This document shows positions 1 to 8,841 of a stretch of 64,000 nt of DNA, one piece after another. Origin of the DNA: Sedimentisphaerales bacterium (GTDB lineage: Bacteria; Planctomycetota; Phycisphaerae; Sedimentisphaerales; SM23-30). Location of the stretch: assembly GCA_963666285.1 (NCBI GenBank), contig OY762711.1; one strand, written 5' to 3'. The number at the start of each line of letters is the position of its first letter. Positions within the stretch are counted from its first letter, which is position 1. Both the position numbers and the translations under genes were made by a program. The notes beneath the pieces were generated by a model, which had not been told where the DNA came from, did no database searches, and saw only the letters and a list, made by a program, of their open reading frames with translations.

Positions 1-308
1 GTCAGGCTATCGACAGTTTCGTCTTCGATATAGTAAACCCAAGTCAGACGTTTACCGAGGTCGCCGAAAGAATAAACGACTTCATCCTGAATTTCAAAGT
101 TTGTTGTGCCAATGTTAGCAGCATCAAAGCTGTTTAACATATTGACAAATGACCCGTCAGCGGCAGCAGCAAACGCAGCAGCTTCCCAAGGGGCATAATC
201 AGATGAGCCATAAACGTTTGGCGCGGCATCGACAAAAATATTTGCCTGATTTGCCATTGTGACCGAACTAACAAAAGCCAGCAGTAGAATTGCGAGTAGT
301 TTCTTCAT
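1..308 (-). CDS. Secreted protein, 5' part only (runs off window)
   Basis: Manual translation from ATG at 308: MKKLLAILLLAFVSSVTMANQANIFVDAAPNVYGSSDY..., open to window edge; signal peptide; AAGGAGAGG RBS upstream. Confidence 0.8.
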   Translation of the reverse strand, partial: MKKLLAILLLAFVSSVTMANQANIFVDAAPNVYGSSDYAPWEAAAFAAAADGSFVNMLNSFDAANIGTTNFEIQDEVVYSFGDLGKRLTWVYYIEDETVDSL

Positions 309-700
309 TTTCCTCTCCTTAAATTCCTTAGATTTTCTTACTTTTAATGAATAAGCCAAGACCGGACCTGGCTTTTGAAAACATGATTATGGAATTCCAG
401 TTTAACAAAATTACCAGTGGTATTTCAATAGGTTTGGAAGGGGAACTGCATTTTTTAGTGAAAAATCGGGTTTAAGATAGGGTAGTTTTAATGATTGGAA
501 TAGAAATGCAGGTTGTTTTTCTGTTTTCTGATGTGAGAACAGTTATATGCCGGCCTGTACAAAGGGATTATCACTTATGTTTCTGGTATTTCAATACTAT
601 AGCAATTGTATAATGGTCTGGCAGGGCAGGTAGAAAAATGGTCTTGCGTACAGTGCGTCAGATTGTTTGGGAAATTCTAATTTACAGTTGGGTATGTTTA

Positions 701-870
701 AAAAACAGCGCAGTTTTGCATAGGGAGAAAACAGAAAATCAGAAAAATTTTAAAATTATATTTTCATTATTTCAAGCTAGTTACAGAATTTCGGGTTGGT
801 TGAAAAAGTAAAAAAATCAGCGCGATTTTTGCATGTCGTCCAAGAGTGTATGGAAAACCAAAAATAAGAA
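701..870 (+). promoter_or_regulatory. Putative promoter/operator element upstream of portal gene (copy 1)
   Basis: Two AAAA(W)CAGCGC..TTTT boxes (701-720, 811-833) followed by TCCAA; aligns without gaps to 41920-42089. Confidence 0.6.
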
Positions 871-913
871 TATGAATAGGAAGTTGCCAGATTGGATAAG
901 TTAAGAAGGAGAA

Positions 914-2398
914 ATGAGAATGAGTTATGAATTTGATATTTTTGAAGGAGGCCTGGATGAAGGTTATGTCGAATGGCTGACGGGCGACGAATACATTTCT
1001 CGGGCGATCAGATTTGAGAAGTTATGGAATTATTATGAGAATCCGACTACCACATCAATAGCGGGCAATAATTCAGGGTCAGGCCGGACATATCAGCAAT
1101 GGCAGGAATATGGATTGCCGCTGCGTATAACCGGTATCAGCCGCAGCTTCTGGGGCGGTTTAGAAAGTGGTGAGAATAACGGCAGGATAGCTCGCAAGGA
1201 AGTTGTAGTCGAGAACGATATCGCCTGGCGAATCGATACGATAGTAGATTTTCTATTTGGCAGGAAGTTTTCGATAACCTCTCGGGCAAGTGATCCAGAC
1301 CGGGCCGGCGAGATCGAGCGAGTTTTGAACGCGATATTTGAAGCAAACGGCGGTATGCAATTTTTTCAGCAACTGGCACTGATGGGCAGTATCTATGGTT
1401 TTGTTGATGTAATAGTCCGGACTGATAAGCTGTTTGCCGAACAGCAAGAGATATCAACAAGTTTGGAAAGATGTGCAGATAAGGTGGTACTGGAAATAAT
1501 AGAGCCGGTAAGGAGTTTGCCTGTATTGAATGAGAATGATTATCGTCGGATAGAATATTATATCCAGCATTATTATAAACAGCATAACGAGCTGGGGCAA
1601 AGCACGGTCGGTGGGATAGGGACGGTTGATGGAAGGGGAAATGTCGGCAGCGGTCCGAGAGAAAGTAGATGTGTGGAGATAATCTCGGACCAATACTGGC
1701 AGCGATACGAGGACGGCGATCTGACGGCACAGGGAAGAAATGTTTTGGGATGTATGCCCATCGTGCATATTCAGAATCTGCCGATCCCGTATCGTTATGA
1801 AGGCAAGAGTGACGTAGAGCCGCTGGTGCCGTTGCAGGATGAGCTGAATACGCGTTTGAGCGATCGAGCAAGCCGGATAACAATGCAGAGTTTTAAGATG
1901 TACCTTGCAAAGGGGATAAGTAACTTTGACCAGCTGGATATCGGGCCTGGTACAATGTGGAATACAGAGAACCCAAACGCAGCGGTAGAGGAGTTTGGCG
2001 GAGACGAATCGTGTCCATCGGAGGCAGAGCACATAAGCCAGGTACGTGACGCTTTGGAGAAGTCGAGCGGTGTGGCTGCTATTGCTGCTGGAATGTTAAG
2101 AGGTCGTATTGGTAATCTCACAAGTGCGGTTGCATTGAAAATAACACTTATGGGTATACTGGCAAAGAACCAGAGAAAGCGTATGTGTTATGGCAAAGGG
2201 ATAGCCGAGATGTCAAAACTGATTTTAGATGCATTAACGAAAAGCGGTGTGTTTGAAACAGATCCATCAGAGCGTGAGATTGATATTCACTGGCCGAATC
2301 CACTGCCGGAAAATGTAACGGAGATTCTGCAGGAAGCGAAGATGAAAATGGAACTTGGTATTGATAAGGAGCAGGTGTTGAAGGAGCTTGGATATTGA
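914..2398 (+). CDS. Phage portal protein (SPP1 gp6-like)
   Basis: 494 aa; VDFLFG, PIVHIQN, GKSDVEPLVPLQDELN, IHWPNPLPEN motifs typical of gp6-like portals; AAGGAG RBS. Confidence 0.85.
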   Translation: MRMSYEFDIFEGGLDEGYVEWLTGDEYISRAIRFEKLWNYYENPTTTSIAGNNSGSGRTYQQWQEYGLPLRITGISRSFWGGLESGENNGRIARKEVVVENDIAWRIDTIVDFLFGRKFSITSRASDPDRAGEIERVLNAIFEANGGMQFFQQLALMGSIYGFVDVIVRTDKLFAEQQEISTSLERCADKVVLEIIEPVRSLPVLNENDYRRIEYYIQHYYKQHNELGQSTVGGIGTVDGRGNVGSGPRESRCVEIISDQYWQRYEDGDLTAQGRNVLGCMPIVHIQNLPIPYRYEGKSDVEPLVPLQDELNTRLSDRASRITMQSFKMYLAKGISNFDQLDIGPGTMWNTENPNAAVEEFGGDESCPSEAEHISQVRDALEKSSGVAAIAAGMLRGRIGNLTSAVALKITLMGILAKNQRKRMCYGKGIAEMSKLILDALTKSGVFETDPSEREIDIHWPNPLPENVTEILQEAKMKMELGIDKEQVLKELGY

Positions 2399-2504
2399 TT
2401 TGGGCTTTATCAGAATCAAAGAGAGTAGAGATAAGCCGGTAGTAAAGGGGAATTATGTTAATATGAAGTATGCTTCGTGAGTAGTAAGGTTTTACAGTTA
2501 ATAT

Positions 2505-2672
2505 TTAAGGCAACCTTTGGAAATTCATTTTGAGCGACAAGTTTTTCTTTTGCCTGCTGACATGTGTCACATAAAACAGTGAATATAGCCCAATATGCAC
2601 GATTTTATGTTTCTTGTCAGCAACCAAATTTTGAGCTATCGCGTCAAAAGCAATTTCCAGAGGTCACCTTAA
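2505..2672. ncRNA. Long rod-shaped RNA structure between portal and scaffold genes (candidate ncRNA or cis element)
   Basis: Nested complementary segments 2505-10/2667-72, 2513-25/2652-64, 2528-33/2644-49, 2534-37/2639-42, 2555-62/2615-22, 2569-76/2603-10. Confidence 0.55.
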
Positions 2673-2688
2673 GGAAAGGAATTTAGTT

Positions 2689-3117
2689 ATGGAAGAAGAA
2701 ATTGATAGTGTAGTCGGTGATGTTGGTTCATCAGATGTTGATGACAGCTTACAGGAGCTGGAAGGAATGAAAGAGGCCCTGGCAGAGGTTCAAGCAGAGT
2801 TGGATAAGGTTCGTTTTGAAAAGTCACTTGCAGTAGAACTTACTCGTGCCGGGGCGATAGATGTAGAAGCGGCGATAAAATTAGCCGGGGAAGGAGAAGA
2901 AGTGAAAGAGATTGTTGATTCGCTTAGAAATAGCAAGCCGTATTTGTTTGATCGAAAAGTAGTAGGTGAGATAGGCGGCGCGATAACAGCGAGTGTAAAA
3001 GTTCGTAAGAGTGTCGGGCTGGATAAGCTAAGTGAAGCAGCTAAGAGGGCGAAAAAGACCGGCAGACGCCGTGACCTCTTTGAATATCTCAAGCTACGTA
3101 GAAGTCTGAGAAAGTGA
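2689..3117 (+). CDS. Phage capsid scaffolding protein (GP20-like)
   Basis: Acidic N-terminus, coiled coil, AGAIDVEAAIKL and SKPYLF motifs, basic C-terminal helix; lies between portal and capsid genes. Confidence 0.75.
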   Translation: MEEEIDSVVGDVGSSDVDDSLQELEGMKEALAEVQAELDKVRFEKSLAVELTRAGAIDVEAAIKLAGEGEEVKEIVDSLRNSKPYLFDRKVVGEIGGAITASVKVRKSVGLDKLSEAAKRAKKTGRRRDLFEYLKLRRSLRK

Positions 3118-3160
3118 CAAGCATAGGTCTCTCAAAGTTATATTAAACAAGTTATGGTTT

Positions 3161-4587
3161 GTAAACTTTCGCACTTTTTGAGGGTTAAAATTTGAAAATA
3201 TAAACAAAAAAATATCGGCGATCCGATGTCTTTAATGATTGATAACAATAGGACACGGAGGCCGATATGTACTATCAATATTATTCGACATGGACGCAAT
3301 TTATTCAACAATTTTTTCCAATTTTTACAGAGCCGGGGGCACAAATCTTCTGCCGGGTGGTAATTGGTTGGATATTGTGCACTACTCGCCGCACGATAAC
3401 AGGCATAATACCCTACGCAGACCCGCTGGGCGAACGAGCTCACGATGCATATCATCGTTTCTTTCCAGATTGCCGCTGGTCTCTGAGCCGGATGTGGAAG
3501 ATGCTCACCCTGATTATGGTTCAAAGATTCTGTCCCAAAGGAACAATCACTCTGTCCATGGACGACACCCTGTTTCATCGAAGCGGTCCAAAAGTCCATG
3601 GAGCCGGATTCTGGAGAGATGCCGTTCGTTCTACCAAGAAAAGAATAGTATATGCCTGGGGTTTGAATTTGGTAGTAACGTGTCTGCAAATTCAACCATC
3701 TTGGGGTGGCGAACCTCTGGCACTGCCGGTCAATATGCGGTTGCATCGCAAAGGAGAAGAATCCTTGATTGAACTGGCGGTACAAATCATTAATGAAATA
3801 TGCCAATGGCTTCCAAACAGGCGTATAAGGCTTGTAGCAGACGGGTTTTATGCTACTCTGGCTGGAAAGAATCTTGAGAATGTTACCATTATCTCTCGAA
3901 TCAGGCGTAATGCCGATCTGTTTGAGCTGCCGCCTAAAGTTAAAGAGAAAACCCGTGGCAGACCTCGCTGTAGAGGGCAAAAACTGGCTAAGTTGGAAAA
4001 AATGGCTGCCCATATCAGAAATTGGAGAACAGTTGAGTTTAGTCAGAGAGGTACGATTATTGAAAGGCTGGTTTATACTCGTATTGCTCTCTGGTATAAG
4101 GTAACTCGCAAACCAATCCTTGTTGTTATATGTAGAGACCCTGAAGGTAAGGAAAAAGATGACTTTTTCTTTACGACAGATATTACTATGGCGCCTGAGG
4201 AAGTTTTGACCTGTTATGCCGATCGCTGGGCTATTGAAGATACGTTCAAGAACACTAAACAGCTGCTCGGTGTTCAACAGCTGCAGACATATAAGGGCAA
4301 AGGACCAGAAAGAGCCGCTGGTCTTGGACTCTGGCTGTACTCGATGGTCTGGTTGAGGTATCTGACCAAGAAACCCAATGAACAATACTTCTTTGTTCAG
4401 CCATGGTATCAACACAAAGAGACTCCGAGCTTCGCCGATGCTATCGCTGACCTCCGAAGGGAACTTTGGAGTGAAAGAATTAAATATATGTTCGGTAATT
4501 CGGCCGTTCATGATAAAAAATATACGTTTCTGCTGGATGCTCTGGCTCCAGCGGCTTAAATACACTATAAAAAATGCGAAAGTTTAC
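3161..4587 (+). mobile_element. Insertion sequence, IS701-like, 1427 bp
   Basis: Terminal IRs GTAAACTTTCGCA(C/T)TTTT; 5-bp target duplication GGTTT at 3156-3160 and 4588-4592. Confidence 0.9.
3267..4559 (+). CDS. DDE transposase (IS701-like)
   Basis: SMDDT, VADGFY, YADRWAIEDTFKNTKQ DDE signature; fills the IR-bounded element. Confidence 0.9.
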   Translation: MYYQYYSTWTQFIQQFFPIFTEPGAQIFCRVVIGWILCTTRRTITGIIPYADPLGERAHDAYHRFFPDCRWSLSRMWKMLTLIMVQRFCPKGTITLSMDDTLFHRSGPKVHGAGFWRDAVRSTKKRIVYAWGLNLVVTCLQIQPSWGGEPLALPVNMRLHRKGEESLIELAVQIINEICQWLPNRRIRLVADGFYATLAGKNLENVTIISRIRRNADLFELPPKVKEKTRGRPRCRGQKLAKLEKMAAHIRNWRTVEFSQRGTIIERLVYTRIALWYKVTRKPILVVICRDPEGKEKDDFFFTTDITMAPEEVLTCYADRWAIEDTFKNTKQLLGVQQLQTYKGKGPERAAGLGLWLYSMVWLRYLTKKPNEQYFFVQPWYQHKETPSFADAIADLRRELWSERIKYMFGNSAVHDKKYTFLLDALAPAA

Positions 4588-4627
4588 GGTTTTAAAATTA
4601 GATAAAATATAAGGAAGGAAATAAAAA

Positions 4628-5782
4628 ATGAGTTTTACAGGAAAAGCAACTTATTCGGCCGGCGTTGAATTGCCGGAATTGTGTGAAGATGTATCAGATA
4701 TTGTTGGTATTGTGTCGCCGTATGAAACTCCGCTGCTGGACTTGCTGGGCGATCCCGGACGTGACGCGATAAGTGTTTATCATGAATGGCTGGAAGATTC
4801 TTTATTGAGCAACAGGGGTGTGATTAATGATGACAATATTGTTGCTCCCGAGGCGGAAATTATGTTTGCTGTTGATGACGGCAGCAAATTCAGAGTTGGT
4901 GATCAGATCCAGGTAGAAGGCAGTAGTGAGTTGATACTGGTCACCGGCGTTAGCGTCAACACTTTGACAGTAGCTCGCGGTTATTCCGGTACCACTGCAG
5001 AAGCGATAGCAGATGGTGACGTGATTAATATTCTGGGTAATGCGGCACTGGAAGGTGGTGAAAAAGGTGAGGCGCGATTTACCAATCGTTTGCGAAAGGG
5101 CAACTATACCCAGATTTTGTCAGCTGCGGTTGAAGTATCCGGAAGTGACATGTCAGCGAATCAGCTGGGCCTGGCAAATGAGATGGACTATCAGAAGCAG
5201 GAACGTCTGCGTGAGCTGCTCAGAGACCTAGAGAACATCGTAATTAACGGCGGACAGGCGGCATCTAATCCGCAGGGCAGCAGTTCCGTTCGCCGCACAA
5301 TGAACGGTATCGTAAAACAGATAACAACAAATGCGTACAAGGTTGGCGATAGCGGATTGCCGTCAGGTGATACACTGGACGAGGCAAAGCTGAACTATGT
5401 ATTACGCAGTATCTGGGAGAGTAGTAATGCCGGGATAGACACAATAGTTGTAAACGGATACCAGAAGCGTCAGATCAATTCTCTCCTGGACGGTTCCCGT
5501 ATATATAATAGTGAGGACCGCAAATACAGTTCGCTGGTGAGTTATTATGAAAGTGACTTTGGTTTGTGTCGAGTTGTTCTGAGCCGATGGGTGCCAAGAG
5601 ATATGGTACTGTTTCTCGATAGTTCCCGTATTAATGTATTGCCTTTAGCGGGCAGGAGTTTTCACTTTAAGCCGCTGGCAAGTACCGGCGACTATGAGTG
5701 CGGTCAGCTAATAGGAGAATATACACTTGAGTTCAAGAATGAGCAGGCCCACGGATATCTAAGAGGATTGACGGTCAGCTGA
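4628..5782 (+). CDS. Major capsid protein (SU10/DUF5309-type, HK97-like)
   Basis: EDVSDIV..VSPYETP, HEWLED, NYTQI, RRTMNGI, YESDFG, IGEYTLEFKNEQAHG motifs; follows portal and scaffold; strong RBS. Confidence 0.85.
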   Translation: MSFTGKATYSAGVELPELCEDVSDIVGIVSPYETPLLDLLGDPGRDAISVYHEWLEDSLLSNRGVINDDNIVAPEAEIMFAVDDGSKFRVGDQIQVEGSSELILVTGVSVNTLTVARGYSGTTAEAIADGDVINILGNAALEGGEKGEARFTNRLRKGNYTQILSAAVEVSGSDMSANQLGLANEMDYQKQERLRELLRDLENIVINGGQAASNPQGSSSVRRTMNGIVKQITTNAYKVGDSGLPSGDTLDEAKLNYVLRSIWESSNAGIDTIVVNGYQKRQINSLLDGSRIYNSEDRKYSSLVSYYESDFGLCRVVLSRWVPRDMVLFLDSSRINVLPLAGRSFHFKPLASTGDYECGQLIGEYTLEFKNEQAHGYLRGLTVS

Positions 5783-5807
5783 TAGCTTAAACTGGAAGTG
5801 GAAGTTA

Positions 5808-5852
5808 GTGGTGTTCGCCTTGTCTGTTGTTTTGCCGGTGAGGCGGCACCGC
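5808..5852 (+). terminator. Stem-loop after capsid gene (partial terminator or mRNA stabiliser)
   Basis: GTGGTGTTCGCCTT...GAGGCGGCACCGC pairs with G-U on + strand; no strong U tract. Confidence 0.45.
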
Positions 5853-5877
5853 AATATTTATAACAAAGGAAAATAAA

Positions 5878-6510
5878 ATGAGATTATGTAATGATATCGA
5901 TATATGTAAGTGGGAGTCGGCGTTGTATTCGGACGCAGTCAGTTCGGATAGGTATGTCTGTTCCGGTAACGGCGGCGTTATTTCAGGCGGCCAGTTTAGT
6001 GTGACCGGGATAGACTTTTTACAATCCGGAGTGGAGCCGGGTTTTATGCTTCGCTGCTGGAATGAGCTGGCGATGGTTGAGTTATGTTGTGAGATAGTGG
6101 AGGTTCAATCGAGCGTCAGTTTGTCAGTTTCATCAGTTCGGCCAAGCGGTGTAACCGAACTATGGCCGCCGGGCGATTACAGCAATTTGAATTTTGCGGT
6201 TATTTCGTATTCCCCGGTGATAGATGAGGTGAGTTATAGTATTATGTCTCGTTTGCGTGAGATAAATTCGATCGATGATCTGGTTGAAAGCAGGTCGCTC
6301 AGACTGCAATGTGTATTTTTGGTGATAGCATCGGTTTATGCGTCGATAGCAAAGACATCGGACGACGACTTTTACTGGCACAAGTCTGAGTATTATCGCA
6401 AGCAGTATGATATGGAGCAGAGCAGGTTCGCAGCAGATATTGATACCGATGGTGACGGTGAAATTGACAGGACTATATGTGGTAATATTATATCTCTGAA
6501 GCGGAAATGA
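5878..6510 (+). CDS. Putative head-completion / head-tail adaptor-like protein
   Basis: Directly after capsid gene; helical C-half with YWHKSEYY and terminal DIDTDGDGEID motif reminiscent of phage adaptor proteins; AAGGA RBS. Confidence 0.5.
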   Translation: MRLCNDIDICKWESALYSDAVSSDRYVCSGNGGVISGGQFSVTGIDFLQSGVEPGFMLRCWNELAMVELCCEIVEVQSSVSLSVSSVRPSGVTELWPPGDYSNLNFAVISYSPVIDEVSYSIMSRLREINSIDDLVESRSLRLQCVFLVIASVYASIAKTSDDDFYWHKSEYYRKQYDMEQSRFAADIDTDGDGEIDRTICGNIISLKRK

Positions 6511-6549
6511 ATTTTGTTTTTTCATCCGGCTTGTGGTAAAATTGTGGTC

Positions 6550-7458
6550 ATGGCTTTGACAAGCGCAAAAATTAAAGAACTGGCATATGAACAAGGTTTT
6601 GTTCTGGCCGGAATAGCGTCAGCAGCAGCAGTTGAGGATCTGGCTGCTGACAGGCTGGTTGAATATATTAACGGTGAACAAAATGCGGGGATGGGATACC
6701 TGGCCAGAAATCTTGAAAAGCGATTAGATGTAACAAGGCTGGTTGATGGTGCCAGGAGTGTGATATGCTGTGCGGTAAGTTATAATAATGTAAATGAAGA
6801 TGTAAATGATGAGCTGTTATATATTGCAAGGTATGCCAGGTTTGGCGATTATCATAATTCGATAAAACGCAGGCTGCGAAAGATGGTAGAGTTAATTGAG
6901 CAGTATTGTGACAGTCGACCCTATACCAGGGTATTTGTTGATACTGCGCCTCTGCTGGAAAAATATTATGCGGTGAAAGCCGGGCTAGGCTGGCAGGGGA
7001 AAAACACTCTTTTGCTGAATAAGGATTATGGCTCCAGGCTGCTGCTGGGAGAGATAGTAATTGACATCGAGCTGGAATATGATGAGCCGGTAGAGACAGG
7101 TTGTGGAGATTGTGAACTTTGTATTCGGGAATGTCCGGGCGGTGCTTTGCTGGACGGAGGAAAGCTGGATTGCAAAAAATGCATATCGTATCATACGATA
7201 GAGTCAAAAGAATTGATACCGGACGATATTGCCGAGCAGATCGGCAACCGTATTTTTGGATGTGACAGCTGCCAGGATATTTGTCCGTACAATATTAATG
7301 CAAAATTGAATACAGACCCGGAGTTTATGGATCGTTTTGTCGGAATTTCAAAAGGTGAACTGGCAACAATGAGTGAAAAAGAGTTTGTTAATCGTTTTGG
7401 TGATACGCCGATATTGCGTGCAGGTTTAGCCAGGTTAAAAATGATAGCGGGAATTTGA
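6550..7458 (+). CDS. queG: tRNA epoxyqueuosine(34) reductase
   Basis: IARYA..DYH, VDTAPLLE, GWQGKN, CGDCELCIRECP, CISYHTIE, FGCDSCQDICP; start moved to ATG 6550. Confidence 0.95.
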   Translation: MALTSAKIKELAYEQGFVLAGIASAAAVEDLAADRLVEYINGEQNAGMGYLARNLEKRLDVTRLVDGARSVICCAVSYNNVNEDVNDELLYIARYARFGDYHNSIKRRLRKMVELIEQYCDSRPYTRVFVDTAPLLEKYYAVKAGLGWQGKNTLLLNKDYGSRLLLGEIVIDIELEYDEPVETGCGDCELCIRECPGGALLDGGKLDCKKCISYHTIESKELIPDDIAEQIGNRIFGCDSCQDICPYNINAKLNTDPEFMDRFVGISKGELATMSEKEFVNRFGDTPILRAGLARLKMIAGI

Positions 7459-7484
7459 GTTTGCCGGTATTGCAGGCATGCTGA

Positions 7485-8744
7485 TCAATAAGCTTTTTTG
7501 ATTTTAGCTTGGGGATAGTAGAAAGCCAGTATTTGTATATCGTTATGACCAAGTGCCGCCATTTGCTGAGCGCCTCTCTGGCAAAGCCCTACACCATGCC
7601 CCCAGCCATGCCCATTGGAAATAATCCAGCCAGTCCGGTCAGAGTTTTCTTTAATATCGTAGCAGCTGCTAAGTATTTTTGCCTGGCTGGAGTAGAGGCT
7701 CAGTCTAAAGTCTTCAGCTTTGACTTTTTCGGCTTTGCCAGCGATATCATAGAGGTAGAGTTCTTCGATTCTGCCAAAGGAGTTTTTCTTTGCCGGTATT
7801 ATAGTCTGGATAATTCCCAGCTTGTATTTTTTGCCGAGTATATCTGTGACATATTTTCTGGTGAGTTCAACCGGTGCCCAGTTGTACTGTTGGGGCGGCG
7901 TTGTAACTTTACAATATGGACATTCCTTAGCGGGCAGTTCGTCCAGGAAATAGTCAAAAACCGGTCCGGCTGATTGAGTACTGCCCCCGCAGCATGCACT
8001 ATAGAATGCCGGCAGAATAGCTTCTTTACCGTGGTCGACAGTAGTCAGGACAAGACCGGATGTTTGCCTGACGGCCATGTTGATCCGATCATTTTCTGCC
8101 GAAACACCTTTATAGCATTGACTGGCCTGGGTGCTGCCGAGATCCCACATTTTTCTGGAATTCAGGTTCATTTGCCAGATAGCATAACTGCGAGCGGCGA
8201 TAGATTGAGCTCTTAAAGCGTCCAGATGCCAGTTAGCATATACTTCCGAGCCGACGACCGATTGCAGATAAAGTTCCAGTTTGATATTATTAACAATAGC
8301 AATTTTGCCATACGGCCGGGCGATTAGTTTGATATTACCTCGATATTTGCCATCAAGTTTGGGCTTACCATCATCAAAAGCATTCAGGGCGGCAAAAGAA
8401 TAATCGTCATTCGATAAAATGACCAGTTCAGACGGTTCTGACATTATGGTTTTGCCGTTGATAATCCATTTATTATTAACCAGCTCGATTTTCCATGTTT
8501 TACCGGAAAGCGGTATAGCTGAGGATATGTCACTATTATCTGTGATAAGATTTCTGGGGGTGGCAGCAGACAGTTCAATATGATCAGCGGTAGCAAGAAA
8601 AACTCTTACATTTGGAGAGGTAGTAGGAATCTGGCTGTAAATACCCGGGTTATAATGTGATATGGGTTCATCCCGGTCAATACAGCCGATAAAGAACAGC
8701 AGTATCGCTAAGAGTAGTAATGTTATGTAGGGGAGGAATTTCAC
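7485..8744 (-). CDS. SpoIID/LytB domain protein (lytic transglycosylase-like)
   Basis: LELYLQSVVGSEV, ALRAQSIAARSYA, GHGWGHGVGLCQRGA, ILAFYYP. Confidence 0.9.
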   Translation of the reverse strand: MKFLPYITLLLLAILLFFIGCIDRDEPISHYNPGIYSQIPTTSPNVRVFLATADHIELSAATPRNLITDNSDISSAIPLSGKTWKIELVNNKWIINGKTIMSEPSELVILSNDDYSFAALNAFDDGKPKLDGKYRGNIKLIARPYGKIAIVNNIKLELYLQSVVGSEVYANWHLDALRAQSIAARSYAIWQMNLNSRKMWDLGSTQASQCYKGVSAENDRINMAVRQTSGLVLTTVDHGKEAILPAFYSACCGGSTQSAGPVFDYFLDELPAKECPYCKVTTPPQQYNWAPVELTRKYVTDILGKKYKLGIIQTIIPAKKNSFGRIEELYLYDIAGKAEKVKAEDFRLSLYSSQAKILSSCYDIKENSDRTGWIISNGHGWGHGVGLCQRGAQQMAALGHNDIQILAFYYPQAKIKKAY

Positions 8745-8781
8745 AATATCTAAAATAACGTATTGTTACGGTAAGGGCAAT

Positions 8782-8814
8782 AAAAAAAGGTAAAGCAGTA
8801 ACTACTTTACCTTT
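8782..8814 (-). terminator. Intrinsic terminator after TPR-alphaCTD gene
   Basis: AAAGGTAAAG/CTTTACCTTT stem with A-run (U-run on minus strand). Confidence 0.7.
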
Positions 8815-8841
8815 GAATAATTAAAATTGACAACATGACTA

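Noticed and set aside
2435..2465. dif/Xer site (TTATGTTAA)
   Set aside because: Only a XerD-like half; no proper XerC arm at 6-bp spacing.
4628..5782. Encapsulin nanocompartment
   Set aside because: Portal and scaffold genes are present, no cargo enzyme is adjacent, and the motifs fit SU10/DUF5309-type capsids.
914..6510. Complete or inducible prophage
   Set aside because: No integrase, terminase, tail, replication or lysis genes and no att repeats visible; both flanks are host-type genes.
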